NCBI GenBank assembly: GCA_900128585.1
Contig: LT642212.1
Span: 1 to 32,888, forward strand
Length of the DNA stretch: 32,888 nt
Direction of reading: 5' to 3'
DNA from: Stramenopiles sp. TOSAG23-3
Taxonomy: Eukaryota
The notes under the pieces are model-generated. The model was not told the origin of the DNA. It did no database searches and worked only from the letters and a program-made list of their open reading frames with translations. This document shows, piece by piece, positions 20,937 through 30,603 of the stretch. A program made the translations under genes and the position numbers. Each line of letters starts with the position of its first letter. Within the stretch, counting starts at the first letter, position 1.

Positions 20937-22289
20937 TTAATCGCGGCGGCAGACGTCTTTGAGCGCGGAGACGATGTCCTTTGCGCTATTCCCTCGCTCG
21001 CACAAGTTGACAACAACCCGGGTGTGTTTCAGACTATAGTCGGTGTACCCGCCACAGTACGTATCGTACGCCGCATTGACCGCACGGTGGCAGTCGAACG
21101 ATTTGGGGGTGTACTGCTTCGAAGTCAACATTTCTTCCACGACAGCCTTGCCGTCGGATTGGTGAAGCTTTCGGACCAGGTTTTTGAAAATAGCGTCGGC
21201 GTTCTCTCGGCTTTCGATCTCTTTGATGAGGCGGCGGGCATCGCTACTTTCACCCGTTCGCATGTACCGGTGGTACAGCTGAACAATGGCAATGTCGCGG
21301 GAGTCCACGTTCCCGGCTTCTTTCGAGGCGGCGCCGCCGGCGGACCCAACGAGCCGGGTTTCGACGGTGGTGCGAAGGGCGTTGGACGGGGCAGGGAGGT
21401 CTTTGTCACCTTCAAAGTCCGCGGCGGGAAGGTCGGTGAAGTTCTGCGTCCCGAACTGCTGCACGTGGCTTTTGTTGGTGAGCTGTTTGACGACCTGGTA
21501 CTGCTTCTCCAAGGTCTCCTTCGTCAGGTCGGTGGAGTCCGCGTTTTCCATCCAGTTGACGGAGTACAAATCCCCGAGGCAGGTGTGCAAGTCTTTGCCG
21601 TTCACCTTGTCGTTCGGCGGGCAGTACGTTCCCCAGCTGGACTCTTGCCCGTTCGCGGCCGTGGTGATGTAAATGTTCATGTCCTTCAAGTCGTCCAAGC
21701 CTTCGAACATGGAACCACTCTCGCAGGCTTCGACGTAAAAGACCAACTCTTTGTACATTTTCTTCTGGTACATGGTCTGGAGGGCCTGGTGCAGCTTGTC
21801 CTTGTACAGGTACGGTGGGTTCGGCATGGCGATCAGCCCCGTGCCTCCGTGGTCAACAAAGTTGATGAAGACGCGGTCCTCGTTCGTGCTCTCGAGGACG
21901 CGCCCGGTGCCTTGGCCCTGGACGGAGTCTTTGTCGCCCGTGATGACGGCGATGAAGTTCTTCGCGTTCACTTCGCCCTTGGTGTAGTCCTTGACGCAGC
22001 CCGCGTACACGTCCGTTCCGGGCGTTCCGGCTTGCGTGGGTTGGTTGAACAGTTTGCCCTTGAACGGGTTCTGCCAGCTTTGCGCAACGTCGTCGTACAT
22101 CATCAGAATGATGTTCTTTGCCGGGATCCCCTGCTTCAGCATGATCTGGTACGCATGGCACACATCCGCATGGTGGCGGTAGTTCTGGTACCCGTGGGAG
22201 CCTGCAATAAGCACAGCGTAGTGGTCAGCCTGCACCGCAGTTGCAACCAAGGCAACCGCAAGGAAAAGAGACGTCAACGTTCGAATCAT
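20937..22289 (-). CDS. LGMN: Legumain / vacuolar processing enzyme (peptidase C13) with signal peptide (450 aa)
   Basis: Signal peptide MIRTLTSLFLAVALVATAVQA; YAVLIAGSHGYQNYRHHADVCHAY; catalytic His in DHGG and Cys in EACESG; ESSWGTYC; TCLGDLYSVNWME; C-terminal LSAM prodomain cysteines. Confidence 0.95.
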   Translation of the reverse strand: MIRTLTSLFLAVALVATAVQADHYAVLIAGSHGYQNYRHHADVCHAYQIMLKQGIPAKNIILMMYDDVAQSWQNPFKGKLFNQPTQAGTPGTDVYAGCVKDYTKGEVNAKNFIAVITGDKDSVQGQGTGRVLESTNEDRVFINFVDHGGTGLIAMPNPPYLYKDKLHQALQTMYQKKMYKELVFYVEACESGSMFEGLDDLKDMNIYITTAANGQESSWGTYCPPNDKVNGKDLHTCLGDLYSVNWMENADSTDLTKETLEKQYQVVKQLTNKSHVQQFGTQNFTDLPAADFEGDKDLPAPSNALRTTVETRLVGSAGGAASKEAGNVDSRDIAIVQLYHRYMRTGESSDARRLIKEIESRENADAIFKNLVRKLHQSDGKAVVEEMLTSKQYTPKSFDCHRAVNAAYDTYCGGYTDYSLKHTRVVVNLCERGNSAKDIVSALKDVCRRD

Positions 22290-23100
22290 TGGTTCTTGTT
22301 CTGGTTTTTGTTTCGTATTGTAAAGTAAAAGTAGCAATTTCGTTTTAACAATCCGTCTTACCCACCCACTTTTTCGCTTCTCTTTCTTTCCTTTAAACTT
22401 ATTCCCTTCGAACACCCTGATGAACTCTCTTTTCAGAAATGAGAGAAAAAGAAACGAAACGAAACAAACGAAAGATCTTTTTCTTCTTTTTTTTTCGAAT
22501 TTACCAATGCTGTGTAATGTATTCTAATTTTGCATTTCAGCAGATTTCAGCAAATAATAAAAAGAGATGAAAGAACCTCAGGATAACCCTTATCTTCATA
22601 GCATAAATAATAATATAAATACAAACGATAAGTATGAATTTGTTACTTAGTTTTATTATTAAATACGTAATAATACAAGCTAAAGTATACAATGCTATTC
22701 TTATATTGGGACTACCGATTCCATCATATAGATATATAATAGTATTACATACAATCTATAAATACAAATAATTATATTATCTGTAATATTAACTACAATT
22801 TTATGATATATAAAGTATACGTATAATACTATTTCTATGTATCTAAGAATTTGGAAGGCGAAGAGAAGAATAGTTTCACAAATCACACACAACAACATGA
22901 CCACAGCATTAAATCATAAATCGATGTATTTTAATTCCATGCTATGACTATGTATTTCTTGTGCGTGAGTAAAAAAGAATCAAATCAAACATCCTCCTTT
23001 CTTCCAAAAAGTTAGGGCACAAAACAATTAAGTACAATTATATAAATACTAATATTTAATATGGATAGTGTTAGAAAAGATAAGAAGATTTCAATCAAAA

Positions 23101-23101
23101 A

Positions 23102-23173
<72 letters not shown>

Positions 23174-23195
23174 AAAAAGAAAGAAAAAGAAAGAG
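23101..23195. repeat. (AAAG)n microsatellite
   Basis: Long perfect AAAG run followed by degenerate units. Confidence 0.95.
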
Positions 23196-23557
23196 AAGAT
23201 AATAAAATAATAATAGAAGAAAAGAAGGGAGAGAGACACGACGACCCGTACTAAGAAAGAAAAGAAAAGATAGAAAGAAAGAACGAGTGAGTATAGTTTC
23301 AAGTTTCAAGAGTGGAAAAGGTTTTGACACATCGATGCGTTGTTTGATTATTAGGGGAAATGGCATTTTCATTATTAAAACCTTGATTTTGTTTTGTAGG
23401 CCTTAATATTGTTTCATTCTTTTTTGCGGACCATATTGATTATTTGCCTTAAAAATTCGCATTTTCTCATTTTCCACAAAACCTGTTGTCGCGTTCGCCA
23501 GGTCTTTCTTCGTCGTCGTGTATTGGGTCTTATTTTTCACGCCAAACTAGTAGTAGC

Positions 23558-25009
23558 ATGCCAAGGAAACGCAAGAATGCAAGTTCGACCACGTCCGCAG
23601 CGTCGGTTCGAACCACGTCGACTGCTGCAAAATCGTCCGGATCAGGGAACAAGATGTCGGCCGCAGAAATTGCAGCCGCGGGTTCCGTGTCGAAGTTTGT
23701 CGCCGGACTAGCTCGTAGCGTGAACGCGGCCCCGGACGAAGTGTGCTGTTGGACGGCCAAAGGCGACGCGTTCGTCATTGCCGACGCCGCGCGGTTTATC
23801 CAAGTCCACAAGAAGAATACCCGGTTCGAAAGTTTGATCCGGCAGTTGCACTACTACGGGTTTGCAAAGGACAAGCGGACAAGCGACAAAACGTGGCGGT
23901 TTAGTCACATGTTTTTTCAACAGGGAAAGCCGTGGTTGCTGCACCGGATCGTTCGGCAGACGCAACCGAAGAAATCGGCAAAGGGGAAGGGGGCACCGGT
24001 GGAGCTCACGGTGGGACCGACGCAGACCACGCGCGCGGAAGCGAGTGCGGAAACCGCCAGGCTCCGGGAGGAAGTCCAGACGTACAAGTTGGAGAGTGGG
24101 AAGCAGGAACGGAGAATAGAACAGTTGCAGGCAAAAGTGCGCCAGGTCGAACTGTCGAGGGATCGCGTTGTGGAGAGCATGCAGCGAATGGGGCAGGACG
24201 AGGATGTCCTGCCGGATCGCAAACTCGGCCTGGTCGACATTAGCGGTCTGCTGGGGCGACCGCACAAGCGCCAAAAGGCGAGTGGCCCGTGTACGAAAGA
24301 CCAGGCGAGCAACACCGATTCGCCCCCATCCCCCGCGTCGTCGGTGGACTACAACTCCAGCCAGGAGGAGGACCGCGCGAGGGCCCCCCGGTTCTTCGGC
24401 CTGGGCATGGAGGCGCCACGGACGCTCGTGCGTACGAAATCGTCCTCGTCGAATTTTGCGGGCATGTTTTCGTCCGGGTTCGCCTCCCGCTCGAGCAGCA
24501 CGTCCTCCATCCCATCGGAGCCGCCCAAGGAGGGGCTACTTTCTCGCGGCAACAGTTTTAATTTCAACGAAGTCGCCTTCAACATGCGGCGCGACATGCC
24601 TACCCCCCCTCCCACGTTCAACACGGGCTTCCCGCCGCCGTTCTTTCAGCCACCATCTCGAGTGTCCAGGATGAAAAGCTTCACCCGGGAAATGGACAGC
24701 GATGCGAGCGCAGCGCTCAACGAGTTCGTAGCATCATCCAACGAGGATCTCCCGATAGACGAGCCGGCGGGAATATCGTCCAAAGTCCACATGTTCATGG
24801 AAGGTTGCTGCGACGATGCGGAGGGGGCCAAGTCCGAAGTCTCCCGGCACGGGGTCTTGTCGGACCAGGAAACCAAGCACTTGGCCCAACTCTTGGTGAA
24901 CTCCCCTCAGATCAAAATAGAATCCTTGATCAACCACATCATTCAAGAGTCGCATCTGTCGGGGCGGATGAAAGTTCCAGTTGCCGAAGAGGTGGCCATA
25001 GATCTGTGA
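23558..25009 (+). CDS. HSF-type DNA-binding domain transcription factor (483 aa)
   Basis: KFVAGL...CCWTAKGDAFVI...FESLIRQLHYYGFAK...WRFSHMFFQQGKPWLLHRIVR matches the HSF DBD; downstream coiled coil LREEVQTYKLE...LQAKV; first ATG at 23558. Confidence 0.88.
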   Translation: MPRKRKNASSTTSAASVRTTSTAAKSSGSGNKMSAAEIAAAGSVSKFVAGLARSVNAAPDEVCCWTAKGDAFVIADAARFIQVHKKNTRFESLIRQLHYYGFAKDKRTSDKTWRFSHMFFQQGKPWLLHRIVRQTQPKKSAKGKGAPVELTVGPTQTTRAEASAETARLREEVQTYKLESGKQERRIEQLQAKVRQVELSRDRVVESMQRMGQDEDVLPDRKLGLVDISGLLGRPHKRQKASGPCTKDQASNTDSPPSPASSVDYNSSQEEDRARAPRFFGLGMEAPRTLVRTKSSSSNFAGMFSSGFASRSSSTSSIPSEPPKEGLLSRGNSFNFNEVAFNMRRDMPTPPPTFNTGFPPPFFQPPSRVSRMKSFTREMDSDASAALNEFVASSNEDLPIDEPAGISSKVHMFMEGCCDDAEGAKSEVSRHGVLSDQETKHLAQLLVNSPQIKIESLINHIIQESHLSGRMKVPVAEEVAIDL

Positions 25010-25265
25010 AGGAAAGAAGGATGGTAGAAACTTCTGGCCTTCTGCGTTCCTGTTCTAAGTTCCTGGGGCGTGTAGAGAGAAGTTCGTACCTAGTGATCTT
25101 ACGCGTTATCGAAGGAAGACGAGAAAACAAGCAAACATTTTAAATAAAATATTAAATTTTTTTTGTGCCAATCGCACCCAGTTAATTCTACGTTCTAACA
25201 TGTACGTTTGCGTAATACGCCCTCTCTCACAGCAACGCCCCCCCCGCCTCGTGTACCCCCTCCCC

Positions 25266-27047
25266 TCACACCAATTGGGTCTCGACGTCGCCCCCCCCAC
25301 CGCTCTCATCCTGTGTGAACAGCGACTGCATCGCTTCGTAATCGATCTTTTTTGTTTTCTTGTGGCCCATGGAATGGTACGCCGCGTCGGCGGCGGTGCG
25401 GTAGACAGCGCGCTGCCCAGGCTTATCCTTCGAGCCACGTTTCCGTTTCTTTCTTGGGCGATGCTGGGTGGGGTTCAGCGTCTTCTTCTGCGCTTGCTCT
25501 TCCAAGTAGTCCTTGTTGAGCTTCTCCCATATTGCCGTCTTGCTCTTCACTTCGGCATCGCTGCACAAGTATTCCTTCATCTCGTCGTCGTGCATGCTCA
25601 GGACGCCCGGGGCTTCGGCCTCCTCCGCCGCCTTCGCCTCGCCCACCGCCTTCGCCTCGCCCGCGTCCCCGTCGTCGCCCGCCGCGTTTGCGGACGCGGC
25701 AAGCTCCCACTCGTCCACCTCCACGCCGAGCTGCTCGTACATTTCTTCGAACTCCGCGGCGCGCTCGCGCTTTTTGTCCGACAAGTTATCGTCCAGCAGG
25801 AGAAGGTGCTCGTAGGGCTCCCCCTTCTTCTTCGCGTCAAGGATCGCCAGGCGCTGGTTTTCCAAGCGGTCGAGCTCGCGTGCCCGCGTAAAGCTCGGCG
25901 GGTCGCACTCCTCGGGCAAGTCCAGGCGGTCGAACTCCTCCGGCGTCAGCTGCGCCGTCGGCGTGTTGGCGAACTCCCCCAGCCGTTTCCGGAGCGTTTG
26001 GTCGCATATTCGCGTGACGCTCACAATGTCCTTCTGGGTCCGCTTGAACCCGTGGAGCCCGGCGGCGAGGAACAGCGCCGCGGCGCAAATCCCTGCCGGG
26101 CGCCGGCCCGTCTGGATCCAGTCCTTCTTGAACCGCTTTACCAGGCGCAGCGCCGTCATGGCGACCTGGTGGGTCTTCTCCCCGCCCCCAAACTCTAACT
26201 TACTGCTGAAACGATGAATGTACAATGTGGGTTCGATGAGGGGCAGCGACAGGTTGAGCAGTCGGCAAAATTTCAAAAAGCACGTCCCCAGCTCGTACAC
26301 GTTGACCTGCAACGCGTCCGAAAAGTCTATCAGCAGATACGGTGATTTCTCCGTCCGGCACACAATGTACAAGCAGGCCGCGACGACGTGGGTGGTCCGG
26401 CGCCCTTGCACAAAGTTTCGCTGCACCGCGAGGAGAAACAGGCGGTGGGCACTGTCCACGTAGTGCTGGCCCAGGCGCAGCTTTGCCGCCAGGCCCGAGA
26501 TCCGCTTGCGCCCGTTGTTGATCGTTATCTCCCGGCTCTCCTTCGTGTACGTTATCCCGTGCACGGCCATCCCGGAGCTGAACGACTTGGTCGCCGTCGC
26601 GGACACGTACTGACCCACGATCGAGGAGGTCCCGGAGGAACTCTCTGCGAACTGGACCGAGGCCACGATACTATTCTCTTCCAAAACGGTACCGCACGAC
26701 ATGCAGACCGCATTCCCGCTCCCCTCGTCCCGGTCGATGTTCGACGACCCGCACTTCGGGCACCCGATCTGCGACGGTCTCGGCAACGCTGGCTGTTTTG
26801 CCTGCTGAATGGGCGTCACGAGGGCCTGCGGCGGGGGCAGCAGGTCACCCCCGGCCGGCGTGCTCGGCACCGCCGCCGGCGTTGCCAGTGCGGCCCGGCG
26901 CCGTTGTTCCTGCGGCGGCGCCTCTTGCGTGGAGGCCGTGCTGGCCACAGAAGGCTGGCCAATTCTTACCTGCGTAAGCGGCGTTCCCACGGGCACCGAA
27001 ACCGGCCGTGGGGCAGGCATCGGGGTGGACAGTTTGTGCGAAGCCAT
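25266..27047 (-). CDS. BRF1: TFIIIB subunit BRF1 (593 aa)
   Basis: Zn ribbon CPKCG...AVCMSCGTVLEE; ESREITINNG; cyclin folds FVQGRR...AACLYIVCR...LLIDFSD; DWIQTGRRPAGICAAAL; TLRKRLGEFANTP; ECDPPSF; TBP-binding block EVKSKTAIWEKLNKDYL; KKIDYE; first ATG at 27047. Confidence 0.95.
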   Translation of the reverse strand: MASHKLSTPMPAPRPVSVPVGTPLTQVRIGQPSVASTASTQEAPPQEQRRRAALATPAAVPSTPAGGDLLPPPQALVTPIQQAKQPALPRPSQIGCPKCGSSNIDRDEGSGNAVCMSCGTVLEENSIVASVQFAESSSGTSSIVGQYVSATATKSFSSGMAVHGITYTKESREITINNGRKRISGLAAKLRLGQHYVDSAHRLFLLAVQRNFVQGRRTTHVVAACLYIVCRTEKSPYLLIDFSDALQVNVYELGTCFLKFCRLLNLSLPLIEPTLYIHRFSSKLEFGGGEKTHQVAMTALRLVKRFKKDWIQTGRRPAGICAAALFLAAGLHGFKRTQKDIVSVTRICDQTLRKRLGEFANTPTAQLTPEEFDRLDLPEECDPPSFTRARELDRLENQRLAILDAKKKGEPYEHLLLLDDNLSDKKRERAAEFEEMYEQLGVEVDEWELAASANAAGDDGDAGEAKAVGEAKAAEEAEAPGVLSMHDDEMKEYLCSDAEVKSKTAIWEKLNKDYLEEQAQKKTLNPTQHRPRKKRKRGSKDKPGQRAVYRTAADAAYHSMGHKKTKKIDYEAMQSLFTQDESGGGGDVETQLV

Positions 27048-27600
27048 GGTAAAAGAATGCAACGGCCGTTCTTCTACCGGGCGGGCAACCGTCCTCTCTC
27101 CGCGTGTGTGCGTGTGTGAGTTCGTACGACAACTAACCCTCTGAAGAGTACTACTCAAACCGTAGGTCTCAACCGAATACTATGTCCACAGAAAGTAATG
27201 CACGGAAACCAATGCGTTCAAAATGAATCACTCGATGTTCACTGCATCATTCGTAGTCTGTCAATCCCATTTTATTCTTCATTTATTTTATCTTTTTCGA
27301 TTGGTGGTTTCCCTTCTTTTTTTGCATTCTTTCTTTCGAAGCAAAAAAAAAAATTTTTGAAGGAAAAAAAATCGAAATATTTAACCGTCATTATATAGGT
27401 AAACCATAAACGAATACAAACTAAAACGTACTTACAAAAACACACGTATTACATAGTACAACAAACAAATACTTTTCTATTCCATCGTCGCCAATCAAAT
27501 CCCTGGAAAGATAGAATACATAAAGATGGTACTTTTTATAAATCATATCCAATAGATTCAACCCATTTTGATTTGTGGTTCTCTCTGAGTTTTTGGAGTT

Positions 27601-27632
<32 letters not shown>

Positions 27633-27633
27633 T
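27601..27633. repeat. (TTTC)n microsatellite
   Basis: Direct reading. Confidence 0.85.
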
Positions 27634-27783
27634 TAATTGAAGAAGAAGAAATCTATATAATATTCTAATACGAAATGATGAAAAAGAAGAAGGGTGAAAA
27701 AGAATGAAAAGTATGGTGGTTGGTAATTGGTTGCGATTCAACGAAGCGAAGTATTGAAAATCATAGCGAAAATAACGAAGCGA

Positions 27784-29439
27784 ATGAATCGTTTTTGCGC
27801 GTTTGCGGCGGTGTTGGTGTTGGCGGACCTTTCGTTTCTAATTGGGAGGGTGGAATGTCGGGGCGACGATCCGAACCCGAACTTTGCAGACTTGTGGGAC
27901 GAAGATTTGGAAGAAATTAGTGTGCCCGAAAAGCTAGTGGTGACCTCCGGGAAAGTCCCGTCGTTCTTGTCGGGGGGTGTCTTGGTCCGGAATGGGCCAG
28001 GGCAGTTGCGGTCGCCAAAGCGCAACTTTACGTGGGCGTTCGACGGCCTGGCAAAGCTTTACTCGTGGACGTTTTCCGCGACGGACAGCAACGACGTATC
28101 CTACCGGTCGGCGTTCGTCCGTTCGAAGACGTTCAACAAAACACGCGAGGACAAAAAGTTCCCGAAGATGATGACGGTAGGGGACGTGGTCCCCAAGTAC
28201 GGGCCGTTGGACGGGATCATCCCCATCCACGACAACGTGAACGTGAACGTGTGGAAGTTTACGGACGACCCGAGGCGTGCGATGACGCTGACCGACAGCG
28301 TCGACAGCGTCAACTTTGACCCAGTGACGTTGGCAACGGAGGGTGTCCAGACGTGGTCGAACGACACGCTGAAAAGCACGGAGATCTCCTGCGCCCACCC
28401 GCACATTGAGCCAAACACGGGGGGGACCTCCCTGATCAACTACGCCTTGGCCGTGAACCCGATGGGCAATGTCACGATACAAATGTACCGCATGGGAAAA
28501 GACCGCGTGCGGAAGCCGTTCGGCGTGTACTCCAAAGGGGTCCCGTTCACGCCGTACATCCACTCGTTCTCCGTGACGGAGCGGTACGTGATCCTCCTGG
28601 TCTACCCCACCGCGTACGACATGATGTGCATGATTCTCGGAAAGCCGATGCACGAGTGCATGGCGTGGAAAGGGAAGACGACCAAGACCCAAGTGGTGGT
28701 CTTTGATCTGAAGAGCACCGACCCGAACAAACCGCCCGTCTTCGTCACCGAGACCGAAGCTTTCCATTCCCAGCACCACATCAACGCGTACGAAGTGCCC
28801 TCGGGGGCGACGGGGGGGGCGAGCATCGTCCTGGACCTTTGTGCGTACGTGAGCCCCGTGTTCTGGACCAGCAAGTACCCGTTCGGCGACCTCGAAGTCA
28901 TGAAGGCCCGTACCTCCAGGAACCAGGTCGGCGGGTTTGGCACGTACCGACGGTTGAACATTCAGTTCGCCGAAGACGGCACCGGGAGCGTCGGCATCCT
29001 GGACATCCCTGTCAAGGACGAGAAAGGAAACGTCTACACGGTAGACTTTCCGTTCATCAACCGCGGCATTGGGTTCGGGGGGCTGGACGGGAGCCACTAC
29101 TGCAAATTCTTTGCCCTCTCCCCCCGCGCCCGGAACAGCACCGAATTCGCCGACTGGGCGATCGTCCAAGTCGACGCCTGCGCCCCGAAATCCGCCCCAA
29201 ACGCAAAAGTATGGTTCAAAGAACGGCACTACCCAGGGGAGCCAATATTTGTGCCCGAAACCCCAACCGTTCCGACTGAAAACGGTGTCCTGTTGGTGAA
29301 TGTCTTGGACGGTGTTGAAGAAACAAGCTACGTGCAAGTCTTGAATGCGACAACAATGGAATCTGTGGCAAGAATTGACCATGCAACCCACAAAACCTTG
29401 CCTTACATGCAACACGCATCGTTCTTTAAAACAAATTAA
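27784..29439 (+). CDS. Carotenoid cleavage oxygenase / RPE65-family protein with predicted N-terminal signal peptide (551 aa)
   Basis: GKVPSFLSGGVLVRNGPG, WAFDGLA, DNVNVNV; four candidate Fe-binding His (CAHPH, YIHSF, QHHINAYE, MQHASF); DFPFIN; PGEPIFVP; ENGVLLVNVLD; first ATG at 27784. Confidence 0.92.
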   Translation: MNRFCAFAAVLVLADLSFLIGRVECRGDDPNPNFADLWDEDLEEISVPEKLVVTSGKVPSFLSGGVLVRNGPGQLRSPKRNFTWAFDGLAKLYSWTFSATDSNDVSYRSAFVRSKTFNKTREDKKFPKMMTVGDVVPKYGPLDGIIPIHDNVNVNVWKFTDDPRRAMTLTDSVDSVNFDPVTLATEGVQTWSNDTLKSTEISCAHPHIEPNTGGTSLINYALAVNPMGNVTIQMYRMGKDRVRKPFGVYSKGVPFTPYIHSFSVTERYVILLVYPTAYDMMCMILGKPMHECMAWKGKTTKTQVVVFDLKSTDPNKPPVFVTETEAFHSQHHINAYEVPSGATGGASIVLDLCAYVSPVFWTSKYPFGDLEVMKARTSRNQVGGFGTYRRLNIQFAEDGTGSVGILDIPVKDEKGNVYTVDFPFINRGIGFGGLDGSHYCKFFALSPRARNSTEFADWAIVQVDACAPKSAPNAKVWFKERHYPGEPIFVPETPTVPTENGVLLVNVLDGVEETSYVQVLNATTMESVARIDHATHKTLPYMQHASFFKTN

Positions 29440-29871
29440 GTCAGCTCGATTTTATATATTTTTTTATCAAAAAACTCGTTCTTCTTATTGAATCTTTCTT
29501 CTTCTGTATTTGAAATTACAATGCTGTGTTGGTGTTAAATTAAAAGGTGGGAAATTTTTCATTATCAATCCTGTGTGCCTATTAACAATTTGTCGTTGAC
29601 ATTTAAACTAACGTATGTTGGTGGTATAATTTAGTAAACGATACTATGTTAATGTATCATTTTGTTGTAAGATTCGTTCGTCACAGAAATGAAAAAATCA
29701 TGACACCGAACGAACAAATGTGAAAACGAAAACGAACGGGGGTGGTGGGGGAAAAGGAAAGCAATTGGGAAGGCATTGAATGGACAACGCATTCGTCGCA
29801 GAAAAGCATTTGAGCATTCGACGTGTATCTGGTATTGTAGTCGATCCACCAGAAAGAAAGGTAACGAGAGA

Positions 29872-30603
29872 ATGGCGATTACAGAGTTGTCTGCCGACCA
29901 ATGGGTTGGTCGTTGGAGCAGTGGGAAAGCGAGGCGAGAGCCAAAGGTAGACGGGGGGGCTGCCCCGGCACGTCCCGTGGTACTTGTCCAGTATGGGCAT
30001 TACATTGGGTGACCTTCGAAGAAAGGCGCTGCTCCTGAGCCGCCTTTCTCAACAAGTCGTGATAGGATTGAAAATTTAGTGCAAGAGCTGGAAGACGCGG
30101 GCTTCCGCCCCGTCGAGGAGCTGTCGACGGGTATAATGGTGATGAACCCGACCGTGACCGTGCGTGCCATCGACGGGACCGTGTTGACGGAGGTGGGAAA
30201 CATCCGGAAACTCGGCAAGAAAGGGGAGCCGGACAGGTTTGGGGTGCTCGGGGAGAGCAAAGACTCCGTCTTTGCGTACTACAGCAGATGGTTCGGGTAC
30301 CAGAAGCCCGTGAACCGAATCAACTTTGGGGAGGACGATGAGTTCGGGTTCAGCGACGACGAGTTCGCCGTCGAAAAGCCCGCCGCACCGACCACCAGCG
30401 CAAGCGCGTACACCCCGTCAAGCGTGAAGATTGACTTTGGGGAGGTTGACGATGAGTTCGGGGGCGACATGTTTGCCAGCTCGCTCGACGTGAACGAGAA
30501 CAAAGCCCCGGCGGGAAACACGGAGACACCGGCCGCGCCGCCGAAACCAATTGCCCCGGCCGCGACCGCTTCCTTCACCTTTTCGATGGACGAAGATTTT
30601 TAA
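29872..30603 (+). CDS. Candidate selenoprotein (243 aa, Sec at residue 47 from in-frame TGA 30010-30012); UPF0728/C10orf53-like domain plus acidic tail
   Basis: ATG at 29872. Frame stays open across a single TGA: ...VVLVQYGHYIG-U-PSKKGAAPEPPFSTSRDRIENLVQELEDAGF... to TAA at 30601-30603. Type II SECIS in the 3' UTR and a stem-loop 7 nt after the UGA. Confidence 0.85.
30020..30049 (+). promoter_or_regulatory. Putative Sec redefinition element (SRE)-like stem-loop downstream of the UGA
   Basis: AGAAAGGCG (30020-30028) is perfectly complementary to CGCCTTTCT (30041-30049), with an inner GCT/AGC pairing; begins 7 nt after the TGA. Confidence 0.55.

Noticed and set aside
21024-22328. 434-aa antisense ORF over legumain (similarly 27934-29415, 25200-26198, 5457-6134, 19615-20502)
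   Set aside because: Shadow ORFs expected from strong C/G third-position bias in the real gene; no recognisable domains
23012-23372. Phe/Leu/Ser-rich ORFs such as FFLSFFLS (also 27421-27741, 18485-18802, 341-654)
   Set aside because: Translations of microsatellites and AT-rich spacer DNA
2333-30012. Genome-wide reassignment of TGA (e.g. to Trp or Cys)
   Set aside because: TGA terminates the calcyphosin, RPC34, HSF and BRF1 ORFs at plausible C-termini, and no other gene has an internal TGA
29776-30603. Interpretation as two small separate ORFs or a nonsense pseudogene
   Set aside because: There is only one disruption, it is specifically TGA at a plausible Cys-equivalent position, and a well-formed SECIS follows. 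Sec recoding explains all three observations
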